Counted from the stretch's first letter, positions 47,443 to 58,089 are shown. The stretch is DNA of 64,000 nt from an uncultured bacterium (GCA_943787795.1 CALSNU010000001.1:32001-96000); one strand, 5' to 3'. Notes: generated by a model not told the origin, from the sequence alone. A program made the numbers and translations.

Positions 47443-48178
47443 GGGAAGACGGTGTGGGGACGACGGGGGAGGCGGCGAGTCGCCGGAGAGGGAACTTCGC
47501 CGCTTTTTCGGGACGAGCGGTTGGGCGGTGCGGATCCCCATAAATGTAGAAGGTCCGTCCGGGGGGCGGCCCTGACCTTGTGTTGGAGAAGGACAGAGAT
47601 CCCTGGACGAGATCTTCAGCGGGCGGATCAGGCGGGGATTTGCCCACAACGAGAGTAGTGGATTCTCTGGATCTCGCTCGCGGACCTCTCCAGCGCCGGA
47701 CAGGGGGTGCGGCGGTGCGCCCTAGAAGTCCCAATTCAGGGGCGTCGCGGGCGGGCGACGCGCCGCGGTTGCCGTGCGGTCACCCCCTCCCGGGCGCACT
47801 GTCCTCGGCCCGTCCTTTGAAGCGTCGCAATCCGTCGAGCGTCCGCCGGAACCCGGTGGAGTCCCATGGAGTCCCGTGTTGGATCAGGACGGAGCCCCAC
47901 ACACCGCAGGTCGGGGCTTGAATCAAGGAAGCGAGCTCTCTCCCCGGCTTGAGCTCAACGGCCGGTTCAAGGCGAGATCTGGGCGGTGCTTCGCTGCCCC
48001 TCTGGCGGCGGCCACAGGATCAGCGCAGCCCTCGTCGCGCTGCACAGGGAGACCGGGTCTTGGCGGCTACGCAGGCCGCCTTGAGGCGCAGGAGCGACCA
48101 GGGCCCCACCCAGGCGGAGCATCTCGGCCAGGGAGCACCTCGGCCACGGAGCGTCGCGGCGACGGGGCGCAGTCCGGG

Positions 48179-48970
48179 TCAGGCTGCGGGTGAGCGTTGC
48201 TCGGCGGCTGACCCATCGGGGACCGCTCGCAGCGTGTGCCCGGCGCCGGATGGGGCGTCCGCGTCGGCCCCGGCGGGCTTGCTTCCCAGCTCCAGCCAGA
48301 CCGCAGCTCCGCCAAGCTCGACCTCGATGTGCGAGAGGAGGGCGCGGACAAAGAGGATCACCCCGGCCATCTCCATGAACTCCTCCACGGCGGTCCACAG
48401 GTTGTAGCCCAGCGTGTTCAGGAGGTCGTTCTGCTCGTGGTAGAGCGTGGCGGCCTCGACCCCGACGGCGCCGCCGACGTAGACCGCTCCAGCGATCAGG
48501 AAGAGCTTGCGCGTCCGAGCGGGGAGGGAGCGGAGGAACGGGACAAAGATGAGGGCGGAGAGGACCACAGCCGCAGCGCCGAAGGCCGTCCAGTGCACGA
48601 ACTTCACGAGGGTGTTGACCGTCTCGTGGAAGCCGGCCACCTCATCGATGGACAGGAGGATGAAGCCAGCGCCGAGCAGGGACCAAGAGCGGGCCCAGCG
48701 GCCGCCATCGGGAGCGGCGAGGCGGCCGGTCAAGATCGTGAGCAGGCCGGCGACGAAGAGGAGCAGCGTGCTGAACCATGTGCCGATGCTCTCCTCCTCG
48801 TCGAGGTCGAAGATGGCGATGTAGAGCCAGCGGTCCACGGGCAGCACATCGGTGAACCACAGGACCATGACGATCGCGTGGGTCACCGCGAGGGCGCCGG
48901 CGATCCAGAGCAGGAACCGGGTCACCGTGGAGGCACTCACGGGCACAAATTGCATCTTCCTTTTGTTCAT
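48179..48970 (-). CDS. Hypothetical integral membrane protein
   Basis: About six TMs with conserved-looking acidic/His motifs: DEEESIGTWFS, SIDEVAGFHE, VEEFMEM. Confidence 0.7.
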   Translation of the reverse strand: MNKRKMQFVPVSASTVTRFLLWIAGALAVTHAIVMVLWFTDVLPVDRWLYIAIFDLDEEESIGTWFSTLLLFVAGLLTILTGRLAAPDGGRWARSWSLLGAGFILLSIDEVAGFHETVNTLVKFVHWTAFGAAAVVLSALIFVPFLRSLPARTRKLFLIAGAVYVGGAVGVEAATLYHEQNDLLNTLGYNLWTAVEEFMEMAGVILFVRALLSHIEVELGGAAVWLELGSKPAGADADAPSGAGHTLRAVPDGSAAEQRSPAA

Positions 48971-49080
48971 CAGGGCACCTTCTGCCTGGTTGATCGGACA
49001 GATCCGCGCCGGGCCAAAGGACTTCTCTGCCTGCCTTGGCCGGCGAGTCGCCCAGGCCCCGCAGCGCGCCTTGGGCCGGT

Positions 49081-49216
49081 GCCCCGATGCCGGGTGCTGT
49101 GATGCTCCGTGCCCCGATGCCCGGATGCCCCGATGCCCGGATGCCCCGATGCCCGGTGCCCTGATGCCCGGTGCCCTGATGCCCGGTGCCCTGATGCCCT
49201 GATGCTCGATGCCCTG
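49081..49216 (+). repeat. Degenerate 15-16-bp tandem array (GATGCCC core)
   Basis: gccccgatgcccggat x2, gccccgatgcccggt, gccctgatgcccggt x2, plus decayed flanking copies; intergenic. Confidence 0.85.
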
Positions 49217-49261
49217 ATACGCCAGCGGCCCGTGCCCCGGCGCTCACAGGGCCCCCTCGAC

Positions 49262-50751
49262 TCAGCGCCGGCCCGGGGGCGGGGCCTCGCCGGCGGGGGT
49301 CGCTGCCTCCGCGACGGCGCGGTCGATCAGGAAGTCGGTCAGCTCGGCGGATCGGAACCAGCCTTCCCACATGTCGTGCCCGCGGTCCTCGAAGACCCGC
49401 AGCGTCATGGGACCTCCGAGCTCGAGGTATCGCCGGGCGACCTCCGCGGAGTTGGCCCCCAGGGGGACGGTCCGGTCCTGGTCGCCGTGGAGGTGGAGGA
49501 TGGGGATGCCAGCCGCCGCGAGCGCCGTCAGTCGGTCCACGGGGTTGAACTCGGCGAGGCGCCCGGAGAGCTCTTCGGGGGTCAGGTCGAAGGCCGGCGC
49601 GGCCCGCTCGAGTCCTGGATAGCTCCTCAGGTCGCAGACCGGGTAGATCCCGCCGACTCCTGCCACGAGGTCGGGGTGCGCGGCCGCCCAGCCGTAGGCC
49701 ATGAGCCCGCCGCGGCTCCTGGCCAGGAACGCAGGGCGCGAGCGATATCCGCGGTCGCGGGTCAGGTGCTGGTGGAGCAGGGTCAAAGCCGCGCGTACCG
49801 TCGGGGCTCCCGTAGGACTCGCCCACATCAATCCCGGCGATCGCGACGCCCGCGGCGAGGAGGCGGTCGATCATCCAGCCCTCGGCGGCGCCCGGGTAGG
49901 GCGCCAGGGTCGGCGCGTACCAGACCCAGGGCATCGGGCCTTCAGGCCTGGTCGCCGCGGGCGGCTCGATCACGAAGGCGGTGAGGCCTTCGAGGGTCAA
50001 GGTGGTCCCCGGACGCGGGAGCCGCTTCTGCACCCGACGCGGATCATCGGCGGGCACCGCGGGCATCGAGTCGAGCTCGAGCCGCTCGATCCACGCATTG
50101 CGGAACCTCACCTCGTTGTGGTGACCCTGGAGCTTGATGGGCCTCGGCTCGGGACCCTCGGGCTTGCCCGCCCCGGTCTTGCGCGGCAGGCAGAAGTCGT
50201 CGTGGATGAGGCGGCCGTTGTGGAAGGCCGTGATGCGGGCATCCTCGGTCTTGGTCTCACCCTCGAAGCGCGCGGCGCGGAACAGGATGTCGTAGGTCTG
50301 CCAGGCCTCGGCCGGCCAGCACGCCGGCTGGTCCGGCTTCTTCAGGCGGTAGAGGCTGCCGCACTGCCAGGGTGCGTACTCGTCCCAGGGGGGTCGCGAA
50401 CGAGTCGTGGATCTGGAGCTCGTAGCGCTGCTGGATGTAGACCCCGGAGTTGCCGCGGGCCTCGGGGTTCTCGTCGTCGGAGCGGTTGACCGCGAACTCC
50501 AGGTGCATCCTGAAGTCCCCGTAGGTCTCGGGGGTCACCACGCTATCCCAGACGGGCGAGGCGGTCAGGACGCCGGCGTCGAAGGTCCAGCGTCCAGGAC
50601 CCTCACCTTCGGGCACCAGGCTGTGGCCCTCTGGACCGATCAGCTGGAGGGTGGCCTCGGACCGAGGGTCGCCGGAGAAGTCGAGCAGGTCAGCCGGAGC
50701 AGGGGCACTGACCTGAGCCGCGATCATCAGGAGGGCAGTGGAGGAGAGCAT
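49262..50751 (-). CDS. Fusion of DUF1080 (3-keto-disaccharide hydrolase-like) and alpha/beta hydrolase; two apparent +1 frameshifts
   Basis: GNSGVYIQQRYELQIHDS; after the G6 run (50388-50393): CGSLY, WQTYDI, LQGHHNEVRFRNAWI, PWVWYAPT; after G3 (49780-49782): ARSRGG, HGDQDRTVP, GH. Corrected length 1488 nt. Confidence 0.8.
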
Positions 50752-50797
50752 GTCCGCAGGGTACGCGATCCGGGGCGGTCTCGACCCGCGGCGGCGC

Positions 50798-51307
50798 TCA
50801 GTCAGCGAGCCAGATCGAGTGTCGATACCACCCACTCGGGAGCTTCTCGCTCACCATCTGGCCGCGGGCCACGGCGAACTGGCCGGTGCCACCGATCACA
50901 GCGCGCACGATGGGGACGTCCGTCTCGATCGCGCCGTGCTTGTAGGGGTGAGAACCGGCGACGAGCAGGGAGTCGTCGGAGTCGTCCCAGTCCAGCTCGA
51001 TGTTCGTCATCCGGTGCTCACGGCCGTCTTCACGGGCCCCGAGGCGGGTCACCTGCATCGTCCCGTTGCAGTGACCGATCCGGGTGGCCTCCTCCCCCTC
51101 GCTCAGGTCCAGGTCCGCGTGCCAGCTGATGAGCTCACCGTGGGCTCGGTCCGAGTCTCCGAGGTCGAAGTGGCTGACCTCCGGGGGGGAGTTGAAGACG
51201 ACGAGCGTCGGCGCGGCCTCGGTGTTCAGCGAGCTGACAGGGCTGGCGCAGGCGGCGAGGAGGCTGGCGCTGAGGAGGGCGATGGAGAGCGGGAGCGAGC
51301 GGAGCAT
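50798..51307 (-). CDS. Dirigent / allene-oxide-cyclase-barrel-like lipoprotein
   Basis: Lipobox LAAC; DLG....HGE and AVIGGTGQFAVARG. Confidence 0.65.
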   Translation of the reverse strand: MLRSLPLSIALLSASLLAACASPVSSLNTEAAPTLVVFNSPPEVSHFDLGDSDRAHGELISWHADLDLSEGEEATRIGHCNGTMQVTRLGAREDGREHRMTNIELDWDDSDDSLLVAGSHPYKHGAIETDVPIVRAVIGGTGQFAVARGQMVSEKLPSGWYRHSIWLAD

Positions 51308-51383
51308 GGCCAGACGGGGAGTGACTGAGGGGGGCGTGGCGATGTGGGGAGCGAAGGGGGGGGCACAAGTCCTGCTGACCCTT

Positions 51384-51450
51384 GTGGCCGGAAGCTGATG
51401 TTGTGGCCGGAAGCTGAAGTGGCCGGAAGTTGAAGCCGAAGCCGAAGTCG
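51384..51450 (+). repeat. Three copies of GTGGCCGGAAG(C/T)TGA plus decayed AGCCGA copies
   Basis: Copies at 51384-51398, 51403-51417 and 51419-51433; intergenic. Confidence 0.8.
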
Positions 51451-51456
51451 GGGGGC

Positions 51457-52797
51457 TCAGAGCTTGTAGAACTCCGCCCACTCCCTGCGCGGCGGCGGCC
51501 CGGTGAGCATGGCGTTGGCCAGCTCGTTGTTGGTGATGACCTCTCGGTCCCGGTCAAAGTCCAGCGAGCCGCCGAGGCGCTGGGCGATCATACCCAGGCA
51601 GAACATCTGGCAGAGCGGGCCCGAGACGCGGAAGGGAGAGCGGGTCTTCTCCTCGCCCTTCACAGAGCGGACGAAGTTCAGGTAGTGGTTCGAGCCCACC
51701 TCGTACTCCGGCAGCTTCGGCGCGAGCTCCTCGCGGCGCTCCTCGGGGATGATCGAGAGCGGGCTGCCGTGGGAGGAGCCGATGAAGGTGGTGTCCTTGC
51801 CCCGGATGATCTTCCCGGCGCGGCCAAGGTTCTGGCCCTCGGGCAGCTCCTTGGGCCGCTCGGGGCGGTTGCTGGTCCCGTCGTACCAGGTCACCGAGCA
51901 GGGGGGCTCGTCGCCGCGCTCGGGGAAGTCGAACTGGATCGTGCTCGCCATGGGGAAGATCAGGTCCCGGGGCCCCTCCCGCTTGACCGCGGTCGTCTTG
52001 CTGGGGATGCCGAGGTCCAGGAAGCGATGCACGGTGTCGAGGATGTGCGGGCCCCAGTCTCCGAAGGCCCCGGACCCGTAGTCGAACCAGCTGCGCCAGT
52101 TGCCAGGGTGGAGCTTGGTGCTGTACGGCGCCTCCGGGGCGGTGCCGATCCAGACATCCCAGTCGAGCCCCTCGGGCATGGCCTCTCCGGTGGGGTAGTC
52201 CACGTCCTTCCAACCGTGCCAGCGCCGGCCGGAGTTCATGTAGGCGGTCACCTCGGTGACGCCGCTGATGATCCCCGCCTCCCGCCAGGCCTTGAACTGG
52301 TGGTAGTTCTCGCCGGAGTGCCCCTGGTTGCCCATCTGACAGACGACCCCGTACTTCTCCTCTGCGGCGATCAGCTTCGAGATCTCGTCGTAGGTGTGGG
52401 CCAGGGGCTTCTCCACGTAGACCGCCTTGCCGAGGGACATGGCCAGGATCGCGATGGGGAAGTGGGCGTGGTCGGGGACCCCGACGGTGCACGCGTCGAT
52501 GTCCTTCTCCATCTCGTCGAACATCACCCGGAAGTCGTGGTAGCGCGGCACATCGGGGTACTTCGCCTCGATGCCCGCCGTGTGCTTGGTGCCCAGGGCC
52601 ACGTCGCAGAGCGCGACGACGTTGACGAGGCCCGTGTTGAACACCTGGTTGCCGTCGTTCCCGCCCATCCCGCCGCAGCCGATGATCGCCACGTTCACCT
52701 TCTCGTTCGCCCCCAGGACCGAGCTCGGGATCGTGGTGAAGGCTGCTGTGGAGGCGGCGAGCTTGTGGAATTGGCGTCGTGTGAGCGGCTGCGTCAT
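51457..52797 (-). CDS. Gfo/Idh/MocA oxidoreductase with Tat signal
   Basis: TRRQF, IIGCGGMG, PDHAH, VEKP, QMGNQG, GDWGPH. Confidence 0.92.
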   Translation of the reverse strand: MTQPLTRRQFHKLAASTAAFTTIPSSVLGANEKVNVAIIGCGGMGGNDGNQVFNTGLVNVVALCDVALGTKHTAGIEAKYPDVPRYHDFRVMFDEMEKDIDACTVGVPDHAHFPIAILAMSLGKAVYVEKPLAHTYDEISKLIAAEEKYGVVCQMGNQGHSGENYHQFKAWREAGIISGVTEVTAYMNSGRRWHGWKDVDYPTGEAMPEGLDWDVWIGTAPEAPYSTKLHPGNWRSWFDYGSGAFGDWGPHILDTVHRFLDLGIPSKTTAVKREGPRDLIFPMASTIQFDFPERGDEPPCSVTWYDGTSNRPERPKELPEGQNLGRAGKIIRGKDTTFIGSSHGSPLSIIPEERREELAPKLPEYEVGSNHYLNFVRSVKGEEKTRSPFRVSGPLCQMFCLGMIAQRLGGSLDFDRDREVITNNELANAMLTGPPPRREWAEFYKL

Positions 52798-53141
52798 GAG
52801 ACCTACCCTACGCCATGGGGGCGCGGACGGTGGACTCGGCCGACGACCTCTGCCTCGCTCTGGGCGTCGTCGTTGGTCACGGCCTGAGCCGCGCGAACTG
52901 AGGCGGTGGGCAGCGGTGCTTGCCGCCAGGTCCCAGCTCCGTGGGCGGGACCCAGCTGAGTCAGAATAAGCCGTGCGATCTGGAGTCTCCCGCTACCCAG
53001 TCCCTCCGTTGATTTGCCTCCAGCAGATCAAGCCCAGCGGCCGGCGGCCAAGAGCCCGTCCGAGTTACCACTGGGAGGACCGCTCACCAGCCCAGGATCC
53101 ACTACGGTGGAAGAAGCGCATTGCCCTTCGCGTCACCTCCC

Positions 53142-53720
53142 ATGAACGATCCTGATCCCGCTGCCGTGCTCCTCGTGGTCGGGGACGCCTCCGAGACGGT
53201 CGATACGCTCTATCCCTTGTACCGGCTCCAAGAGGCTGGCCTCCGGCCGGTCGTCATCGCTCCAGAGCGACGGACGTATCAGATGGTCATGCACGAGGTC
53301 CGGCCGGGTTGGACCATCACCAAGGAGTGGGAGGGCTATCAGATCGCCTCGGACCTCGCCTTCTCCGAGGTCGACCCCACCGAGTACCTCGGGATCTTCT
53401 TCAGCGGCGGGCGGGCGCCGGAGTACCTGCGCTATGACGAGGACCTTGTCCGCATCACTCGGCACTTCTTCGAGGAGGGCAAGCCCATCGCGAGCGTCTG
53501 CCACGGCGTGGAGATCCCCGCGTATGCGGGATGTGTTCAGGGGCGCCGCATGGCCACCGTCCCCAAGTGTCGCCACGATCTGGAGGTGGCGGGTGGGGTC
53601 TTCGTGGACGAGCCCTGCGTCGTGGATGGCAACCTCGTGAGCGGCCGCACGTACCACGATCACGGCCACTACATCGGCCCCTGGATCCGCCTGTTGCTGG
53701 ACGCAGCGAGGGCCGACTGA
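53142..53720 (+). CDS. DJ-1/PfpI family protein
   Basis: [30 protein letters not shown]. Confidence 0.9.
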   Translation: MNDPDPAAVLLVVGDASETVDTLYPLYRLQEAGLRPVVIAPERRTYQMVMHEVRPGWTITKEWEGYQIASDLAFSEVDPTEYLGIFFSGGRAPEYLRYDEDLVRITRHFFEEGKPIASVCHGVEIPAYAGCVQGRRMATVPKCRHDLEVAGGVFVDEPCVVDGNLVSGRTYHDHGHYIGPWIRLLLDAARAD

Positions 53721-53824
53721 ACGCGGGGCAGGCGGTGGGCTTCTCCCTTGAGGCCTGGCTCCGCTGAGCCTTACGGCGCACGAGGCGGCTGAGCGAGCCG
53801 ACGGAGGGGCGCCTGGCGATACCG

Positions 53825-54172
53825 CTAGGCTCGGGCAGACTCGCGGCTGAGGATCCCCTCTACGTCCACGTCGGCGAGGGAAGAGGCCTCATCTGTGACG
53901 ATCTCCTCGCGGGCCATGAGGTCGAGGTAGCGGCCGCAACAGACGCGCAGGAAGGACGTGAAGTTCCCGATGTCATGGTCGGCGTCGAGAGACTCGTGAT
54001 AGAGCCTCGTGATGAGCTGGTTGATCGTGAGCTTGTCCCGACTCGCCACGCGTCCGAGCACGCTCCAGAAGAACTCCTCCATGCGAATACTGGTCGCGAC
54101 GCCGTCGATGCGGAGGGAGTGAGTCCGGGCCAGCCAGAGGCTGACGTCGGCGCCGATGAAGAGCTTGCACAT
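53825..54172 (-). CDS. Ribbon-helix-helix domain protein (RHH_4 type)
   Basis: MCKLF...SLRIDGVATSIRMEEFFW..L...NFTSFLRVCC. Confidence 0.8.
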   Translation of the reverse strand: MCKLFIGADVSLWLARTHSLRIDGVATSIRMEEFFWSVLGRVASRDKLTINQLITRLYHESLDADHDIGNFTSFLRVCCGRYLDLMAREEIVTDEASSLADVDVEGILSRESARA

Positions 54173-54206
54173 GGGTCGAGAAGGAAGGACGCGCCAGGTG
54201 TCTGGC

Positions 54207-54773
54207 CTAGGTCTGGAGGAGGGAGATGAACTGCGCAAGCCAAGCCGGGTGCGCTGGCCATGCGGGCGCGGTGACGAGGTTGCCGTCGGTCACGGCCTCG
54301 TCGATGTCAATGAAAGCGAAGTTCGCGCCTGCGGCGACGACCTCGGGAATACAGGTTGGATAAGCGGAGCAGGTCCGGCCCTCAAGGACGCCCGCGGCGG
54401 TCAAGAGCTGGGCACCGTGGCAGACCGAAGCCACGGGCCGGTTCTCCTCGAAGAAGAAGCGGACCATCGCGAGGACCTCCTCGTCGAGCCGGAGGTACTC
54501 GGGAGCTCGCCCGCCAGGGATCACCAACGCGTCGTACGCCGCGACGTCCACCTCGGAAAAGGTGGCGTTCAGAGTGAAGTGGTGTCCAGGCTTCTCCGAG
54601 TATGTCTGAGCCCCTTCGAAGTCATGGATCGCCGTGGCGATCTTGTCCCCGGACTCCTTGCCCGGGCAGACCGCGTGGACCGTGTGTCCCAGGGCTTGGA
54701 GGGTCTGGAATGGCACCATCGACTCGTAGTCCTCGGTGAAATCGCCGGTGATCATGAGGATCTTCTTGGTCAT
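54207..54773 (-). CDS. DJ-1/PfpI family protein
   Basis: [54 protein letters not shown]. Confidence 0.92.
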   Translation of the reverse strand: MTKKILMITGDFTEDYESMVPFQTLQALGHTVHAVCPGKESGDKIATAIHDFEGAQTYSEKPGHHFTLNATFSEVDVAAYDALVIPGGRAPEYLRLDEEVLAMVRFFFEENRPVASVCHGAQLLTAAGVLEGRTCSAYPTCIPEVVAAGANFAFIDIDEAVTDGNLVTAPAWPAHPAWLAQFISLLQT

Positions 54774-54846
54774 GACAAGGAGTGCTGTAGCGGGTTGAGA
54801 TCGTGCAAGGCACCGGGTGCCCACTCGCGCTCCCGGCGGTGCAATG

Positions 54847-54858
54847 AACGTGCACGTT
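54847..54858. promoter_or_regulatory. Perfect 12-bp palindrome, candidate operator
   Basis: AACGTGCACGTT about 75 bp upstream of the DJ-1/RHH gene pair. Confidence 0.35.
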
Positions 54859-55648
54859 AGGCGCGAGCTCGATCAGCGGGTGGTAGCCCAGTACGACGCG
54901 GGGGAGGGGAGGTCGTCTCGATCGGCCGCCGGCCCTTCTCCATTAGGGGATACCCAGAGCGATGACTCGGTCACGGACCGGTTAGGCCTTGGTGGTGCTT
55001 CGGGTTGAGCCACCCCTGCCCACGAGCGCCAGCGGCCGGGCGATGTGGCTGGCCCGACCATGGCTCTTGACGTGCGGACAATGCGCGGAGGCGCTCTCCA
55101 GGGGGAGGGGTTTGCAAGCGGCCCTGGAGATCCCGGGCGCCCCAGGGGAGGCGACCATCACGGGCGCCGTTGCCCGCGATGAGCAGCAGCCGGGGGAAGG
55201 CACGAAGCCCAAGTGTTCGCGGGTCGAGGGCGACGAAGGGGCGTGAGCTGTCGCTTGTGGTCGGAGATTCCTCCTGGGGAACGGATTTCGCCGGGAGTTC
55301 CTTGGGTCACCGCTGCCAGCGCCCGTTGAGCCCAATCGTCCCGTCAGAAGCGCATAGAGCCCTGGACTCTTCATCGCTGGGATCAGGCCGCGGGCCTGTA
55401 AGGCCGGGCGTGGATCGAAGCGATGTCAGAAAATCCACCTGACGTGGCGGTCAACGGCGATTCAGTTCGTCCCGACGCCTTCGTAGGATAAGTGCGCTGC
55501 CTGCCCGAAGATTGGAGGGGGCTCGTGCTGCAGAATTGCTGTGCACCCTGCCTGCTGAGACAGTTGCTGCCGCTCGAGGCGCGTGCTGGCCCGCCCGATC
55601 GTTGACCAGGATGCAGGTCTTCCCCCAGTACCTCCCCGAAGCGCGTCC

Positions 55649-56530
55649 ATGATCTCCAAGGCGATCAACCTCTTCTACTCGGCCATCGCCGACCGCGTGA
55701 ACTTCCGCCTTCATGTGTTCCCGCACAAGCCGGAGTACGCGCTGGAGGGGGACGTCCCCCAGCCGGGCGCCTACGGCCGCCTGCGGCTGTTGGCCCGCGG
55801 AGCCTCCCGCTGGTTCGAGCGGCTCTCGGGGGTGCGGATTCTCCGGATCCGGAAGATCTCATCTGTCCCCTGGAAGGTGGCCAGGAAGGACACCCAGGAT
55901 GTCCTCGCGACGATCGACTATCAGCGGGTCGTCGACCTGCGGGCGGCCATGCTTCGCAGCCACGGAGGGAGCGACAGCGAGGCCAACTCGGTCAACGGTG
56001 CCTGGAAGTTCCTCGACATCGATCTCTGGATCCCGGTGAACCTCGAGCGCATCTACCGGCTTGAGCTCCAGAGCTCCCCGCCCCGCGACATTCTTGATAT
56101 CAGCGGCGGCGCCGGCTACTTCGCCTACATCTGCCAGTACTTCGGGCATCGCGTCCACACCACAGACATCGATCAGTGGGAGGAGTTCAACGAGATGATG
56201 GAGATCCTCAGCCTCGAGCGGAGCGTCCTGTGGGTCGAACCGATGACTCCAATCCCCTTCTACGGCCGGAAGTTCGACCTGATCACCTCCTTCATGATCG
56301 CCTTCAACTTCCCTCAGGTCGAAGAGAAGCGTTGGGGCATCGAGGAGTGGGAGTTCCTCCTCTCAGATCTCGAGGAGAACCACCTCAAGGAGGACGGCGT
56401 GGTCTACCTGCTCATGAACCCCCATCCGGACCGCTCCCATTACTCGCCGGAACTCCTCGACTACTTCACCCGCCGAGGTGCCGAGGTGAATGGGCCCGAG
56501 GTCGTGTTCCGCAAGGTCGCTTCCGTCTGA
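55649..56530 (+). CDS. Class I SAM-dependent methyltransferase-like protein
   Basis: ILDISGGAGYF motif I, TTDID, KFDLITSF. Confidence 0.7.
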   Translation: MISKAINLFYSAIADRVNFRLHVFPHKPEYALEGDVPQPGAYGRLRLLARGASRWFERLSGVRILRIRKISSVPWKVARKDTQDVLATIDYQRVVDLRAAMLRSHGGSDSEANSVNGAWKFLDIDLWIPVNLERIYRLELQSSPPRDILDISGGAGYFAYICQYFGHRVHTTDIDQWEEFNEMMEILSLERSVLWVEPMTPIPFYGRKFDLITSFMIAFNFPQVEEKRWGIEEWEFLLSDLEENHLKEDGVVYLLMNPHPDRSHYSPELLDYFTRRGAEVNGPEVVFRKVASV

Positions 56531-57093
56531 CGGTCGACCGTTCGAGTCCAGCAGACCTCCCGAGACCTCGCCGGGACAAACGCCTCTCGCGCGATCCGGC
56601 AGCGTGCCAGCGCTGCCGTGGGGACGTCCAGTGCAGATGGACCCACGGCCGCAGGTCGGGCGTGACGCTCTCCGCGGCGAGCCGCGACCTACGGGGGTAT
56701 CGGCCAGCCTTGTCTCGGGCGGAGGCGTCGTAGCGGGCATCCGCCGTGGTGTTGTTTTTTTGGGGGCTGCCGGGGCCCTGGGTGCTCGGATCAAACACCA
56801 GCTGCGACGGCAGGCAAGCGAATGGCTCGAGTCTTCTGCCAGTGGCCTGAAGCCACTGACATCGAGCCGAGGTCAGCCCGAATGCCGAACGACTCCTCCC
56901 ATCACAAGGCGCTGGTTGACTGGACGGGCGCTTGAGCCCAACCTTGGCCCGGCGCCGGCCCCGATAAGTGCCCTGGGGAATCTCACGGCAACCCTCACGC
57001 TGCGATCAGCCCGCAGCCGATTCCTCTCCTACGGAAGGCAGCCCTTGATCAGGCCCAAGCCAGTCCCCCCTCACAAGCCACAGTGACCAGATC

Positions 57094-58089
57094 GTGACCG
57101 AACAGCCCCCCGAAGACTGGATGACCGATGAAGGAGAGAGGGATCTCTTTTCGGTTGTGGTTCCGACCTTCAATCGGGTCGGAACCATCATCGAGGCCCT
57201 GGACTCAGTCAAGGCGCAGACGTACAGGCCGATCGAGATCTTGATCGCCGACGACGGCTCTACGGACGGAACAGAACAAGCGATAGCTGAGTGGATCCGC
57301 GCAAACGCCAGGCCTGACTTCGCGGTCAAGTACCAGTGGCGGGAGAACCAGGGGGTTTGTGGAGCGAGGAACGACGCGCTAGCCGTGTCGAGCGGTGAGT
57401 TCGTTCAATTCCTCGACTCTGACGACCTGCTCTACCCTGAGCGGCTAGAGAAGCTGGTTCACTTCTTCCGCGCCGAGGGGGTGGACTACATCGAGACTGG
57501 ATTTGAGGGATTCGTGGACGGAGATGATGACTACGAAGAGGTCCACTTGGGGCACGGGGAGTCATGCCAGTTCTCCCTGCTTCTGCGAGGGCGCCTGTGG
57601 CCCAACACTCTTCGGCCCGCATTCCGCCGTGGGTTGATTCGGAGGATCGGTCCCTGGCGCCACGGCATGCCAACCTTCCAGGATCTTGACTTCGTGATCC
57701 GTGCCTTAACGCTAGATCCGCTCCCGCGGGTTGGTTCGATTGTCGAGAGCTTGGCGAGGGCTAGGAGGAGCGGCGATCGAATGAGCGACACCTTCAAGAC
57801 CCTGGAGGGAAGGCGCCTCCGGGTCGGCTGCGAAGAGCTTCTTGTCCGCGAGGTCCTCGGGCGGGCCGAGTTCGACGATGAGGACTGTGTCAAGCTGCGG
57901 GCGCGATGCCTGACGCTGGCGCTCAGATCCAAGGCCGCCGGGTGGGGGGAGGTCCTTGGTGGACTCCTCGAAGCACTGAGCCTCCTTCCGCAGCCGACGC
58001 CTATGAAGGATCGCCTCAAGTGGCTGGCGATCCGCAGCGGCCGGCCGGTGTGTTGGATCGTGTGTAGAGCCCTGAAGTTGGCTGTTTGA
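57094..58089 (+). CDS. Glycosyltransferase family 2
   Basis: SVVVPTFNR, DDGSTD, NQGVCGARN, FLDSDD. Confidence 0.9.
   Translation: MTEQPPEDWMTDEGERDLFSVVVPTFNRVGTIIEALDSVKAQTYRPIEILIADDGSTDGTEQAIAEWIRANARPDFAVKYQWRENQGVCGARNDALAVSSGEFVQFLDSDDLLYPERLEKLVHFFRAEGVDYIETGFEGFVDGDDDYEEVHLGHGESCQFSLLLRGRLWPNTLRPAFRRGLIRRIGPWRHGMPTFQDLDFVIRALTLDPLPRVGSIVESLARARRSGDRMSDTFKTLEGRRLRVGCEELLVREVLGRAEFDDEDCVKLRARCLTLALRSKAAGWGEVLGGLLEALSLLPQPTPMKDRLKWLAIRSGRPVCWIVCRALKLAV

Noticed and set aside
47443..48178. Long intergenic region checked for tRNA, riboswitch or ncRNA (also 54860-55640)
   Set aside because: No cloverleaf, T-loop or riboswitch consensus recognised by eye; an Infernal/Rfam scan would be decisive.
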